Positions 1-10,870 of a stretch of DNA of 64,000 nucleotides are shown piece by piece. The DNA is from Lytechinus variegatus (Eukaryota). Made by a program: the position numbers and the translations under genes. The stretch's first letter is position 1, and every line of letters starts with the position of its first letter. The stretch lies in the NCBI RefSeq assembly GCF_018143015.1, contig NC_054742.1, positions 58,348,853 through 58,412,852 on the forward strand, in the 5' to 3' direction. The notes below the pieces were generated by a model. It made no database searches. It saw only the letters and a program-made list of their open reading frames with translations, and was not told the DNA's origin.

Positions 1-1379
1 CTCCTCATCTGCATACCAGCCAGGATGTGCATATAACTATTTTGTTAAATTAAGCGAAACTTTAAAGTGTCATAACTTTCTTATTTGACATCCGATTTTG
101 ATGAAATTTTCAAATCAACTTTTTGTTGGGGGTGGACTTGTCCTTTTATATGTGAAGTCCCCTTTTTGTGCTGTAAGCTTATAAATGTCAAATGGACTCT
201 TGGCCGGGTTAGTTGGAACAAAATTAAAAGGGCTATTTGGAACATGTTCCAACTTAATATAAAACATAATTATGAATAAACACATTGGATATAAAAATGT
301 ATACAGTATTTCACTATTCTGAGTATGTACTGAAAGCCATGCTTGTTTTGTTTCTCAGCTAGGCCTGAGTATGCAGTTAAGGCCTATTCATTAACCCTTA
401 TCAAACTGGGAGGTCAATTTGAGCCCCCTTGCCAAATTTTGTCACTACGCCGTCGCGCGACTTTTTTTTACCGCACCGCTCACTGACTTTTCAATTTCAA
501 GTCTTGTGCATCATTTGAGACCAAATTTGCGATGCCCGGGTGCCCGGTTTTGAAATTACGCAAAATTTTGTATGTGCATGTCGGACCCAAAATTGCTCAA
601 AAACGTGGTTCCATTTACAATGTCAATGCAAATTGTGTTTCAACCAAAAATCATAAATGTATGATTACTTTTACTTTTGTTGGTTAAAATGGATTTATTT
701 CATGCTATTTACGATTGCAAAAAGATCCCTGACAAAGTTCATCAGAAAAAACACAATAAAAGAACAGAGGTTCGAAAAAACAAAGAATACAAATTCCAAA
801 AACAAACAATACATAAAAAAATTATATTTGTTACATTTTTTGTAGATATTTGTTATAAATGTAAAAAACAATGTAATTAGTATTTTACATGTACTAGCTA
901 AATAAATTTAGTCAAAGGCAAAACCGTTTGAAAAAAATTAGGGCAAATTTCATAAATGTATATTTGCATAATTAATTAATAAAAATGTTAACAATTGATT
1001 TTTGTCATGTAAATTTAATACTGATACACTTTATTGCATGTAAAATCAAACGCACACAAATTCGCGATATTCTAATACACTGACATTCGGCTTGCATGAT
1101 GGATGGATGATTGATTGATAGATTGATAACGAATTTATTTCATTCCAAAATTTTAACAAAGTTACAAAGTAAAGCCAAATATAATATAACGTTATGAAAC
1201 GAAATAGAAACCTTCTGAAAAGCAAAGCTTGTTATTGAAGGTTTCCTGGCTGTATAATAGAAAACACGAAGTTCAACAAATAATACACACCATTAATATT
1301 TTGAACGTGAAAAAAATAAACCAAATAGGCTAAAACCATGTAATATTACAGTTTTAAGTAGTTTTGGTATAATTCTTAA

Positions 1380-1620
1380 TTGACCATGCAGTGTTCCTAC
1401 TTACCCCTAGACCAAAAGCTTCAGTCTCTGTATTTTGGTTGTTCCGCTGAACTACGTTGGCTCCAATCACCATACAATGGGGATTACAGTAAAATGTCAG
1501 AAATTGTTGAATAAATCCCCAGAAACGACGGTTATTCCTGTCTAACTTACCCCATGCCATGTTCCAACTTACCTTATATGGGGTAAGTTGGAATGCTTGC
1601 GATAGTCTTGTTCAAGATGG
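1380..1620. repeat. Dispersed repeat (gaccaaaagcttcagtctctgtat...ttccgctgaactacgttggctccaatcacca...) with an adjacent gtctaacttaccccat/atggggtaagttggaa hairpin. A related copy lies at 27990-28090.
   Basis: About 70 bp are shared between 1408-1480 and 28022-28088. The shared sequence explains the paired artefactual minus-strand ORFs (MVIGANVVQRN.. and MVSGANVVQRN..). Confidence 0.45.
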
Positions 1621-1699
1621 ATTTTTTTTAGTAACCATCAAGAGTTGAAAAATTTATGGGGTACATTTTAATTTTGAGCCCTGAGATGTGTGTTTTTTT

Positions 1700-1848
1700 A
1701 TTATTTCTCGAATAAAATCCACCCCATCTCCCCGAAGTCATTATAGGGGAGGGAGGGGGTGAGAATCGCGTTACCGTAACTTTTTTCTCCTTCAATTTTT
1801 TCCATCAACTTCACCATATCAAAGACGACGGACGATTCAATTTCGAAA
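1700..1848 (+). promoter_or_regulatory. GPKOW: Putative GPKOW 5' UTR and proximal promoter region.
   Basis: This is inferred only from its position just upstream of the ATG at 1849. It includes a GC-rich patch, ggggagggagggggtgagaatcgcgttaccg. No TSS is defined. Confidence 0.25.
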
Positions 1849-2015
1849 ATGGAATATGACGAAAGTGAGAAGAGGAAAGGATTTTCCTTTTCCTTTGCCA
1901 AGAAGAAACAAGAAACGAAAACCTTAGAATCTAAGAACATTGGTGATACGGAAATTTTGGAAAGCAAGACTGAAACGGACTACATTTTGTCAGTAGACTC
2001 AAAGAAAGTAACAAG
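1849..2015 (+). CDS. GPKOW: GPKOW orthologue, coding exon 1. ATG at 1849-1851, donor AG|GTACGT at 2016, phase 2.
   Basis: Translation MEYDESEKRKGFSFSFAKKKQETKTLESKNIGDTEILESKTETDYILSVDSKKVTR. The basic GF-rich N-terminus resembles that of vertebrate GPKOW. The phase joins to exon 2 exactly. Confidence 0.75.
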
Positions 2016-2470
2016 GTACGTTCACTAGCCTCAGTTTCAGTTCGTCAGCGGCTCAGCGTGAACTTATGCCGGAACCCACCCGGCGATGAACCAGGCATGA
2101 GTTGAGAGGCTCTGGCGCCGCAGTACCGCTTCGCAGGATTGAAAATTTACTTTTTCAGATTATGCTCGCTATATTTTTCATATAGGAACTTAGTGCCTAG
2201 ATCTATGGGCATTATCGTGATATTGGGAACCATCGTTCACTTCACACAGCAGCGCTTTATTCAGTCACACGCACGGTTCCCTATAGTATTTCCACTCATT
2301 CAGCTCCATTGACATTGTACACAAGTGCGCGTACACAAATCTACGAGTGGTTCCCAAAACCACGATTTGGCCGATCTATGTCTAGCTGGTCATATTTCCC
2401 AATCAATAACAGTAAAATTTTAAGTAATAATCAGTTTTTGCTTGTGCCTGTTTGGCATGTTGGAGTTCGC

Positions 2471-2562
2471 TCTAGTAGTCTAGTACTAGTACTACTAGTA
2501 CTAGTACTAGACTAGTACTAGTACTAGCCGGCCTACTACTAGTAGTAGTAGGCCGGCTAGTC
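2471..2562. repeat. Palindromic microsatellite (ACTAGT and CTAGTA units). It ends in a 37-bp perfect palindrome, ctagccggcctactactagtagtagtaggccggctag.
   Basis: Read directly from the sequence. Confidence 0.8.
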
Positions 2563-3270
2563 TTGACTTGAGGACGCAATGATGATGACTTTTTTAAAAT
2601 CAGACTGTCATATACTTCTTCATCATTGACGTCTTGAACAGGCCTTCATTGACATGTTGTAAGAGAACGGAGTAAACGAAGATGGATTTCCCTAGGAAAT
2701 ACATCTTTTCATATTACAGGATCGCGCGAAATATGTTTATTTTATTAATTTCTACACATTCCTACGCCTAATCATCTGATGCATAGGAAGGTTTATAAAA
2801 ATGTTAAATAAAAATGTACGAAATGTAAGAAAATGAAGGTTTCTTACCTAATTGATGCCGCGTAGACCCCTCGATCCACATGTAAACAACGGAAATACAA
2901 TAGCGTCGACCCTTGAACCGCTTATGTATGACATACATGTACATGTACTTCCGGCTAACTATGCCGTTTTGAAGCACTCACACAACATGCGAGGTTAGTA
3001 ATACTAACCTCGCACAACGCATGTGGTTTCATAGTGGACTTTGACGTTTTTCATTCATCACACGAATGTGAGGGAATGAAAAACGCCAAACGTTTCAGTA
3101 TTTCTCCACTATCGTATTATTATTTTAATAATTTAAGTTTGTTTTAAAAATGAATTGGAAATTGTTGATAAAAGTGTTTTTTATCGCTTACCTCCAAGTC
3201 TCAACCAGGATACTCCGTTCGATCCGTCCTTAATACGGCGGTGGAAAGTACGCCAACTAGGCCCGTTTCG

Positions 3271-4220
3271 GGTACACGTGTACACGTGTACACGCACGGT
3301 CAAGTCAGTGCACGTGTACTAAATTCCATCACCGTGTACACGGTAGCATCTGCATAAAGCTTGCGTGGGACTGTAAAGTCAGTGAACAAGCTCACAGCCT
3401 CACATTAATTCTTAGTTCTAAGACACTGCACATGTTTTAATCACTAATATATATATATTTCAATTAACCTTCCAAAATCGCCGATTTAATCCACATTTAT
3501 TCTGGAGACTCAAGTTTTTGTACCACACGAAATGGGTATGCTCCGGTCAGTGCAGGGCCCTAGTTAGCGCCGACGCTCGGTGGATGCGCACTTTGCATAC
3601 TGTACCGTACATACATGCACAGATTGCTGCAGAATTGAGTGTAACTGAAGTTATCGATTGATTTTCATTATTTTATTGCCAATTTGAGGAGTGTGTTTGT
3701 AGGCGTGTAGCACATGTGTATGAGCGTATAACACCTTACGAGACTCGAAAGCGTTCTTCAATCACTTTTAGAGTCAATTTGAGAATCACCAATTGCGACA
3801 GTTACGTGTTATACGGTCATAAACATATGCTACAAGCCTACAAACACACGCTCCTCAAATTGGCAATAAAATAATGAAAATCAATCGATAACTTCAGTTA
3901 CACTTAATTCTGCAGCGATCTGTGCATGTAGTACGGTACAGTATGCAAAGTGCGCATCCACCGAGCGTCGGCGCTAACTAGGGCCCTGCACTGATTTACT
4001 TTTGCATTCTTTATTAATTTAATGCGCTGCTAAGCTGAGTAAACTTTTTAATTGCACCAATTTTTGTGGATTGATACTTCTAACTTCTCAGGTAAGCTTT
4101 AAAACCGTGACTTAGGCTACATGTAGGAAACACTGAAAACATAATACTGTAACTCCTCTCACTCAGTGTTTACAACGTGTACACGTGTACACGACCGAAA
4201 AACACGCCGTGTACACGTGC
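3271..4220. mobile_element. Nested foldback element. It has outer clusters of the palindromic decamer CGTGTACACG (3271-3345 and 4175-4220) and inner long inverted-repeat arms of about 158 bp (3547-3704 and 3836-3994).
   Basis: Arm 1 (tcagtgcagggccctagttagcgccgacgctcggtggatgcgcactttgcatactgtaccgtac...) is the reverse complement of arm 2. The GTGTACACG motif occurs 7 or more times at the two outer ends. There is no ORF. It lies in GPKOW intron 1. Confidence 0.55.
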
Positions 4221-4470
4221 ATCAAAAATGGACTTTCAAACCAGGCCTAACGCAACAAAAAGCGAAAATTTTCGTATCAAACATTCTCATTTCAAGTCGT
4301 CAGTCAGCAATAATAGGAAATTGTACCAAAAATCATCTCATTGTATATAATATATACTTATTGGAAGTATGCCATCTTTTGACAAGATGATGATGAAAGT
4401 GTTGAACGAGCAAGAAAATAATGCTGATCGCCTAGAATGCAGCTAGCTTGCAAGACCGTAAACAAAGGTA

Positions 4471-4693
4471 CGGTAGGCACTTAAGAACCAAGTTTGAAAG
4501 GACACTCGTAAAATTACGTCACTGTCGCGATGAATATTCATTAGATCGTGGTCGTGCGTGTTCAATACAAACTCTCTGCATGCATGCACTCAGTGTGTAT
4601 TGAACACGCACGACCACGATCTAATGAATATTCATCGGCGAGAGTGACATAATTTTACGAGTATCCTTTCAAACTTGGTTCTTAAGTGCCTAC
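4471..4693. repeat. Near-perfect hairpin or foldback of about 220 bp. It has inverted-repeat arms of about 95 bp and a loop of about 30 nt (loop ...aaactctctgcatgcatgcactcagtgt...).
   Basis: The sequence ggtaggcacttaagaaccaagtttgaaaggacactcgtaaaattacgtcac...gtattgaacacg is mirrored by cgtgttcaatac...gtgacataattttacgagtatcctttcaaacttggttcttaagtgcctacc. Confidence 0.6.
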
Positions 4694-4974
4694 CGGCTTG
4701 GTGAATAATATCGCGCGCCCTCTTTAGGCAAAAATTGATATCCACGCTGAGCAGAAGTTATCTACGTGAAGATCACGAAAAATGCTCTTATTTTATTTAA
4801 AAAAACAGCAAAGAGAATTCAACGAACGATCCATATGGTTCGGTAAGTGCTATAGAACAAGTAGAATTCTTAGCTATGATGTAAAGTCATAGTTATTTTC
4901 GTAAAAAGGGTGTGAAAGATTCGCGTGCACCAGGTGCATATGAATCCTTCACACACGAGACGATTTGAAACCAT

Positions 4975-5560
4975 GAGTGGTTTTGAAGAACCATTTTATT
5001 ATTGCTTTAATTGCTTTAATACTACAAATTATTCATAATTACATAATGTTTTTTTCTCCTTCATTTGTTGATCAATTTCAATTTTGTTTGCTCGTGGTGG
5101 GAATTCTGAAACTCATTAAATATGCTAATTTATGCATTTTTTCAAAACTCACAAAAAAATGTTTCTTATTCACTTGTTGACTGATTTCGAATTTTTTATT
5201 CCATCTGAAAGCTACATGAGGTTCACCAAGGTCCTACACAGAATTTAGAAATTTTGACTAGAAGATTATTTATGCTTATTCATACAAAATTTATTCCTAA
5301 ATAACAAAAAAAGCTTCTTCTGTGTCATTTCTTCATCAATTTCAATTCTGTTTACTCAATTTATGTCACCAATATGATTCACTTCAATGTCAACTGGGCT
5401 CTTAGCTGAAATGAAAAATTGTGTTAAATTTCTTTGTGAGATACCAGATGAGCTCTACATCATTAATGTGCTAGTTGTAATGTGAGATTTATATTGCTTA
5501 TGACTAAACAGTATCATGGGTAGGATACACGCATTGTCATTAATCATGACTTTAAATCTG
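4975..5560. repeat. Truncated copy of the AGCTCATCCGGC-TIR element family. It is followed at 5586-5790 by poly-G and poly-C tracts and a 3x tandem repeat of about 45 bp (cccctgaYgagcttgaaRgaccttttttt).
   Basis: It aligns by eye to 20280-20760 (caatttcaattttgtttgct...ccatctga.agctacat.aggttcaccaaggt.ctacacaga.tt.agaaattttgactaga...). It lies in GPKOW intron 1. Confidence 0.5.
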
Positions 5561-6130
5561 ATAATAAGAGTCACTAGCGTACCTACGGGGGGGGGGGTGG
5601 GCAGTCTGCCCCCTGACGAGCCACAACCCATGCAAAGGACGCATCCCTGCCCCCCTGACGAGCTTGAAAGACCTTTTTTTGCCCCTCCCCTGATGAGCTT
5701 GAAGGCCTTTATTCCCCCACCCCCCCCCCCCCCCCCCCGACGAGCTTGAAGACCTTTTTTTTTTTGGCGGACATTTTTGCCCCCCCCCCTTGGAAAATCC
5801 GAAAATCCTAGGTATGCCACTGATAAGAGTCTACCCTGCTATTATGAGTCGAGCCTTTTTCAGCTCATTAACATAAATAAAGGAATTAAATCTTGCCAGT
5901 GACACGTTTACCTTGTCTGGGTTGAGTGCATCATAATGTGGATCAGTTTCTTGCTGTAAGAACTTTGACCATGGATGCCTTTGATCCATGACCCTCTATC
6001 TCAAAGTCTGGAGACTAATTCATTTTTGGCAGACAGTGCATGTGCATGCAACTCACTGCATGACAGTGGCTAATGAAGGTTTTTTAAATTGTTGAAATGT
6101 TAGACATTAAGATAATAATAACTTGTCATC

Positions 6131-6200
6131 CCTCTCGTCAAAAGAAATGAATGGTAGACAGATAAGATCATTGCAAAGGATGAGACAAGAATAAGATTAA
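6131..6200 (+). pseudogene. Decayed duplicate of about 70 bp of an internal segment of GPKOW exon 2. It lies in intron 1, about 75 bp upstream of the exon 2 acceptor.
   Basis: The copy cttgtcatccctctcgtcaaaagaaatgaatggtagacagataaga...ggatgagacaagaa matches exon positions 6302-6371 at about 85% identity. The copy has TAG where the exon has CAG, which is an in-frame stop. Confidence 0.6.
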
Positions 6201-6273
6201 TTGATACAAATGAAATCAAAACAATGTATGCTTTATTAATACAATATTCTGTATGCATTCAATTACATTGCAG

Positions 6274-6503
6274 TGTCATCCCTAAAGAGAAACCAAAGGA
6301 GCTTGTCATCCCTCTCATCAAAAGAAATGAATGGCAGACAGAGAAGAGCAGTGAGCAGGATGAGACAAGAAAACGACCAGCAGAGACTCATGGCAAAGAT
6401 GCTGAGCACAGCCACAGTTCCAAAAAGAAGCAGAAAGCTGAACAAAAGCCGAGTTCTCCTGTCAATTCTTTGGAAAATGAGGCCGTGAAGGAGATTATGG
6501 AAG
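6274..6503 (+). CDS. GPKOW: GPKOW coding exon 2. Acceptor ttgcag| at 6273, donor AAG|GTGTGT.
   Basis: Reads SVIPKEKPKELVIPLIKRNEWQTEKSSEQDE...NSLENEAVKEIME. The KELVIPLI motif is a conserved GPKOW N-terminal motif. Phases are 2 in and 1 out. Confidence 0.75.
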
Positions 6504-7227
6504 GTGTGTGTACTGAATTCACTGATGTAGTTGAGGCTGGAACTTCCAAATCACAAGGATGCTGGTAGAAACATTCTCCTGTAGACTTTGTCCATGTGAC
6601 TCGGGCTGAGGTGGGAAAAATTGGCTCAAGGCCAGCAAAATTTGGCTTCAAGGCAGGGCTCAACTACCATATGGGCACTAGTATTCAACCTGGCATAATT
6701 CAAAGATTTTGACATAGTCCCCAAAATATTTAGAAATAGGGAATTTGTCTTAATTTCATACATTTGTTATTTCCAGGGTAATCTGTTGTCGGATATTTTC
6801 TTCATCAATCTGTCGACTGTATGCGCGGACAGTCAGACCGCAGGTCCCTATGCTAATGAGCAAAAAGGCCAGATTCATCCAAATCATCTCGTGGCCGAAT
6901 CCTCCTCCTTGCAAACTCTCGTGATTTGTGAGATTTTCTTTCTCTAAGAATTTACCTGTTTTAACCTCAAGTTAAATGAAATATTATTGTACCATCAGAT
7001 AGAGTAAAAGTTGCTCTTTCATATTGGTCATTTATTTTGTATACAATATTTTGTTAAATAAGTAAATTTCTGGCCTGAAAATGTGCCTCAAAACTGAATT
7101 TTCTTCCTCTGTTTTCTTTTGCAAATTGTGCAAACTTTTTATTTTGAGCATCAATGATATCTATATCACCATAAAGCCGAACTTCTGTACTTTCTCACAA
7201 TGCCACTCTTGATATGCGGCACCTTTT

Positions 7228-7520
7228 AATCGGGTCAAGATCACACTTTTCCCATCAAGGTACAAGACGAGATTTCTGAAATTTTGTACTTGCATGAAAT
7301 CCAGAGTTCTGATTGGCTGGATAAGGTTCACAGAACAACAGGCGCAGGGTATTTGAGGAGATTACCACATGGGAAGTGTGACCTTCCCACGAACCCAGGC
7401 ACTGGAACCGTTGGAATTTGCCATTGTGTGGTCTCTTTGACCAATCAGAGTGCAGTATTCTTGTTTTCAAGCTGCTTTATGTACTTGGCAAATGAAAAGT
7501 GTGATCTTGACCCGATTAAA
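7228..7520. mobile_element. MITE of 293 bp with a perfect 26-bp TIR (TTAATCGGGTCAAGATCACACTTTTC), flanked by TTAA at both ends.
   Basis: The left end is ccttTTAATCGGGTCAAG and the right end is CTTGACCCGATTAAacc. Inward-facing inverted CCAAT/ATTGG motifs (ctgattggctgg, gaccaatcagag) lie inside. It lies in GPKOW intron 2. Confidence 0.55.
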
Positions 7521-7953
7521 CCAATTCTTATTTTGAAACCTATATCATTTCAAAGCATACATATTCAGCTTTATCATGATATAAAAATCATTTGGGCTCA
7601 AACAAAAATAAAGTGTGAAAATAGCAGCTTTTGTCAGGTGAAAATATTTATTTTGTAGCATATTTCAGATCAAAATTTTAACCTATATTACAAAATCTTT
7701 GAATAAATCCAAACACATGACCTGAAAGAATGATTCTTCTTCTTTACAATGGTACCAAATTCATGAAATTCGATGCACAATTAGAGCAGCAATGACCGAA
7801 TGAAAAGAGGTGTTTTGGTCCGCATCAAGCTCATTAAATATGCAAAACATCTCAAGTCATGAATATCACTTGGATGAAAGAAGCCACTTTCTTGGGACCT
7901 GCAGTCTGACTGCGGAGGATCGAATTATGCGGCGATGGCCTTTTGCACTGAAT

Positions 7954-8158
7954 GGCACTAGTATTCAACCTAGTGAGGATAGATAGCAAATCTCAAAAGG
8001 GTTTAGATTGCTAAATTAGATCTAGATCTATGTAAGTCTCTGGCTTTGATTAATTCCCTGTTTGGTCTCATCTCAAATGGTCTAGTCCATAGTCGGATGG
8101 GACAAGGGCAGATTGAGAGACAGGGCCATCTTTCATCGCTAGGTTGAATACTAGTGCC
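7954..8158. mobile_element. MITE of about 205 bp with a 17-bp TIR, GGCACTAGTATTCAACC. Extra solo or nested TIR copies lie at 6674-6690, 8164-8179 and 8332-8348.
   Basis: The same 17-mer occurs 5 times between 6674 and 8348, twice on the + strand and three times on the - strand. This indicates nested or adjacent copies of one MITE family in GPKOW intron 2. Confidence 0.55.
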
Positions 8159-8953
8159 GACGGATTGAATACTAGTGCCAAAAACCGTCGCCGTATAATT
8201 TGATCGCCCGCGCACACAGTCGACTGGTTGAAGAAAAAAATAACAGAAAAAGAATAACCAGCATTTGCTCTTGGAAAAAAGACGGGTCTGAAATTCAGGT
8301 AAATTATATATTCGAGGAAACTCTCCAAACGGGTTGAATACTAGTGCCCTTACGGTACATCTGTAAAAATGATGTACAGCTACATGTACTTGTGCAGTCA
8401 CATAAAATTAGAAAAAATACATACCTTTTAAAAAGGTCAGTCTCCTTTACATATGATTTTGGTTTGTAAGAAATGTAGAACAAGAGAATGTCTTGTGTGT
8501 TTATGTGAACAAGGAAATGCTGAGAGCTGTTTCTTAAACTGTTTGTTAGTTGCATGTATCACTTATGCACAGATGGTGCATGTTCTTATGTTTTAAGAAA
8601 GGTGGACTGAATTTACACTACAACCCAGATCAAATATTGACTACTGATATTAATTACCGGTATACTTTATATGACACCTAAATACATGTAGATCCTTGTT
8701 ATTTGGTTGCTTGTTTGATATTGATCATTCAGCCCATTTTCCAATGACATCATTTTTGTAATTTTGGATCCATACGATTTTGTCTATGGCAAGCGCTCAC
8801 TGAGACCACCGTCACGACCTGTAAACATCAAGGCTGTACAAACATTCGTGTTGCAGCGTACAACAGACTGCATTCGGCACGTCATTCAGCTGCATGCAGT
8901 GCATGCACTTTTGCATCTTGTTTTATTCCTGACTTGTTTGTTTTATTCATCAG

Positions 8954-9093
8954 ATGTATCAAGATACAGTGAGAAATGGGACGAGAGAGGTAAAGAGGAT
9001 CTGAATCTAACCATTCCACTTCTAATGCAGAACAAGGTCCCAGAGGGTTTCGAAACCGATGATAAATTAGATGTCTCCATCAGGCCGGATGCT
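8954..9093 (+). CDS. GPKOW: GPKOW coding exon 3. Acceptor ttcatcag|, donor GCT|GTAAGT.
   Basis: Reads DVSRYSEKWDERGKEDLNLTIPLLMQNKVPEGFETDDKLDVSIRPDA. The LTIPLLMQ box matches the second conserved N-terminal box of GPKOW (LAIPMIQ). Phases are 1 in and 0 out. Confidence 0.7.
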
Positions 9094-9861
9094 GTAAGTT
9101 TATTCCTTCAAATTTATTAGGGAGTGGTTTCACAAACAGTCATGCATTATACTGCTGTTCCCTGACAAAAGGAAACAATGCTGTGGAATGAGATTCTCAT
9201 TAAAATGCTTCATTATTTTGTGTGGAAATAAATAGGCCTATAGTTGCTTGCCATTAAAAACTCTATATTTCAGAAATTAGGGGTTACATGTATGTGACTC
9301 CAAAATCAAGATAAAAGTAAATGTTGAAAGAAAACCAGTTGCTTCCTTTTGTCATGGGACAGCAGAAGTATACCCAAGTTTACAAACATTGGGATTCATT
9401 AAGTGCAGTCATGCCTTACTTTGACACAAATCAAATTTTACGTCTAATCAACAAATACCTCTTCATTATCAAAGCATGTACCACTTAAATATGGTATCAA
9501 GTTATTAGGAGAAGTTATTCTTTCAGGATATATACATTGCGTCCCAGAAAATAATGAAACTGTAATATGGTGTAATATTTGGCTATCATAATCATAAATT
9601 TGCTTCATGAGATGTATATATGTGTTTGGAATGGCATGCTTATAGCATTTGAAGCCCACCAACATTCATAATGCATGCATGATGAGTTAGAACAATAGAC
9701 AGTGGTGCAACCAAACTTTTAATTTGCACATGCAAAGTGTGTCATCGATAGAGTTTTTCACTTTCACTGCTCTCCATTCGGAAAACCATTTCATAACTTT
9801 AGTATCCACCTTTCTTTTTCATATGCCCGTTCTAGACGGGGTGTACTATGGTATCATGCTC

Positions 9862-10150
9862 GGTGTCCGTCCATTAACTTTTCCTTGTAAATGCGGTAAT
9901 TTCAGTTTGACTTAACCTATGATACCAGCATGGATCCCAGGAAGCCAATTGATTTTGAGGTTAAAAGGTCATAGGTCAAGGTCACAGTGACATGTTTTCA
10001 TCTTTCCCTTCTGAAGTCCTTGTAAACGCGATAACTTCAGTTTAACTTAACCTAGGCTCATATAATTTGTTTTGTATGATACTCGCATGGATCCCATGAA
10101 GCCAATTGATTTTTAGGTCAGACAGTCAAAGGTGAAGTCACCACCTACTT
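9862..10150. repeat. Tandem duplication of 2 units of about 145 bp (...cagtttaacttaacctag...catggatcccaggaagccaattgattttgaggt..ggtcaaggtca...).
   Basis: Two adjacent copies were read directly. It lies in GPKOW intron 3, next to the mariner relic. Confidence 0.6.
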
Positions 10151-10252
10151 TTCTTGCCTGACCAATAACTCCATTTTCGGTGTTACAGGCGGGCGTATTA
10201 TGGGCTCGCCTTAGCGACACCCTTGTTTTATTTTCAAATGTTGGTAGGCCTG

Positions 10253-10870
10253 CTATCTGTATAGTTGTGCACATTTTAGTATGAAATACATTTTTGGGGG
10301 GAAAAATACAGTTTTTTTTAAATCACAGAATACAGTTTTTAATTCCCAGAGGTTGGCAGGTCTGTCTATCGCTTCATTGATTCTGGCTCTGAGATCTTCA
10401 AGATCATAAAGAGTGACAAAGACTTTCCCTTGAGAAAGCACCAAAGAAAGAAGACAAAGGGATAAGGTTTGGACTCCATGGAGGCCTTTCCATGGGATGG
10501 TTCGGATGTTGTGACTGGGAGACACAGTCATCCATGAAAAAAAAAAGAGACTCGACGACATCCTGTAGGGATACCATCTCATCTCTTGCCAAAAGTGTGA
10601 TGAAATGAAGATTTGGATATCACCAGCCCATTTCATGGATACTTGGAGGTTTTCTTCGATGGTACACCTTACTGCTGCCATATTTTCCTTTGATCTGACA
10701 GTCCTTCTTGGACCAGATCGCCCCTTGTTGAGATTGATGCTTGTTCCTTCTTGCTCATATTTCCTAACATTTCTCCCAAGCGTTGATTTCATTGCCTTGT
10801 GAAAATTGCTCATGGAAGGCTGCTGCAATTTGTTGCTGGCTCCCAGAACGAGACCAGTCCGTCACAATAA
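10253..10870 (-). pseudogene. Mariner-like (Tc1/mariner) transposase relic, frameshifted.
   Basis: The minus-strand ORF 10828-10253 reads ...NKGRSGPRRTVRSKENMAAVRCTIEENLQVSMKWAGDIQIF... This resembles the mariner transposase N-terminal HTH region (ERSGRP...D...LRAIIE.DP..T.RE.A). A second frame (10592-10404) reads LQDVVESLFFFMDDCVSQ...PNHPMERPPWSPNL, resembling the DE.W....P....QW region. No intact ORF remains. It lies in GPKOW intron 4. Confidence 0.45.

Noticed and set aside
1701-1967. The - strand ORF of 88 aa overlapping GPKOW exon 1.
   Set aside because: It is antisense to a well-supported start exon, with no motifs and no splice sites.
5600-5760. CTGAYGAG...GAAAG motifs in the 3x45-bp repeat looked like hammerhead-ribozyme boxes (CUGAUGA / GAAA).
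   Set aside because: No helix II can form between the boxes (the spacer is GCTTG). There are no pairing partners for helix I or III. The conserved CGAAA context is absent. This is a coincidental motif in a simple repeat.
5455-5820. The ORFs of 121 aa and 77 aa rich in Gly/Pro.
   Set aside because: They are translations of poly-G and poly-C homopolymer tracts.
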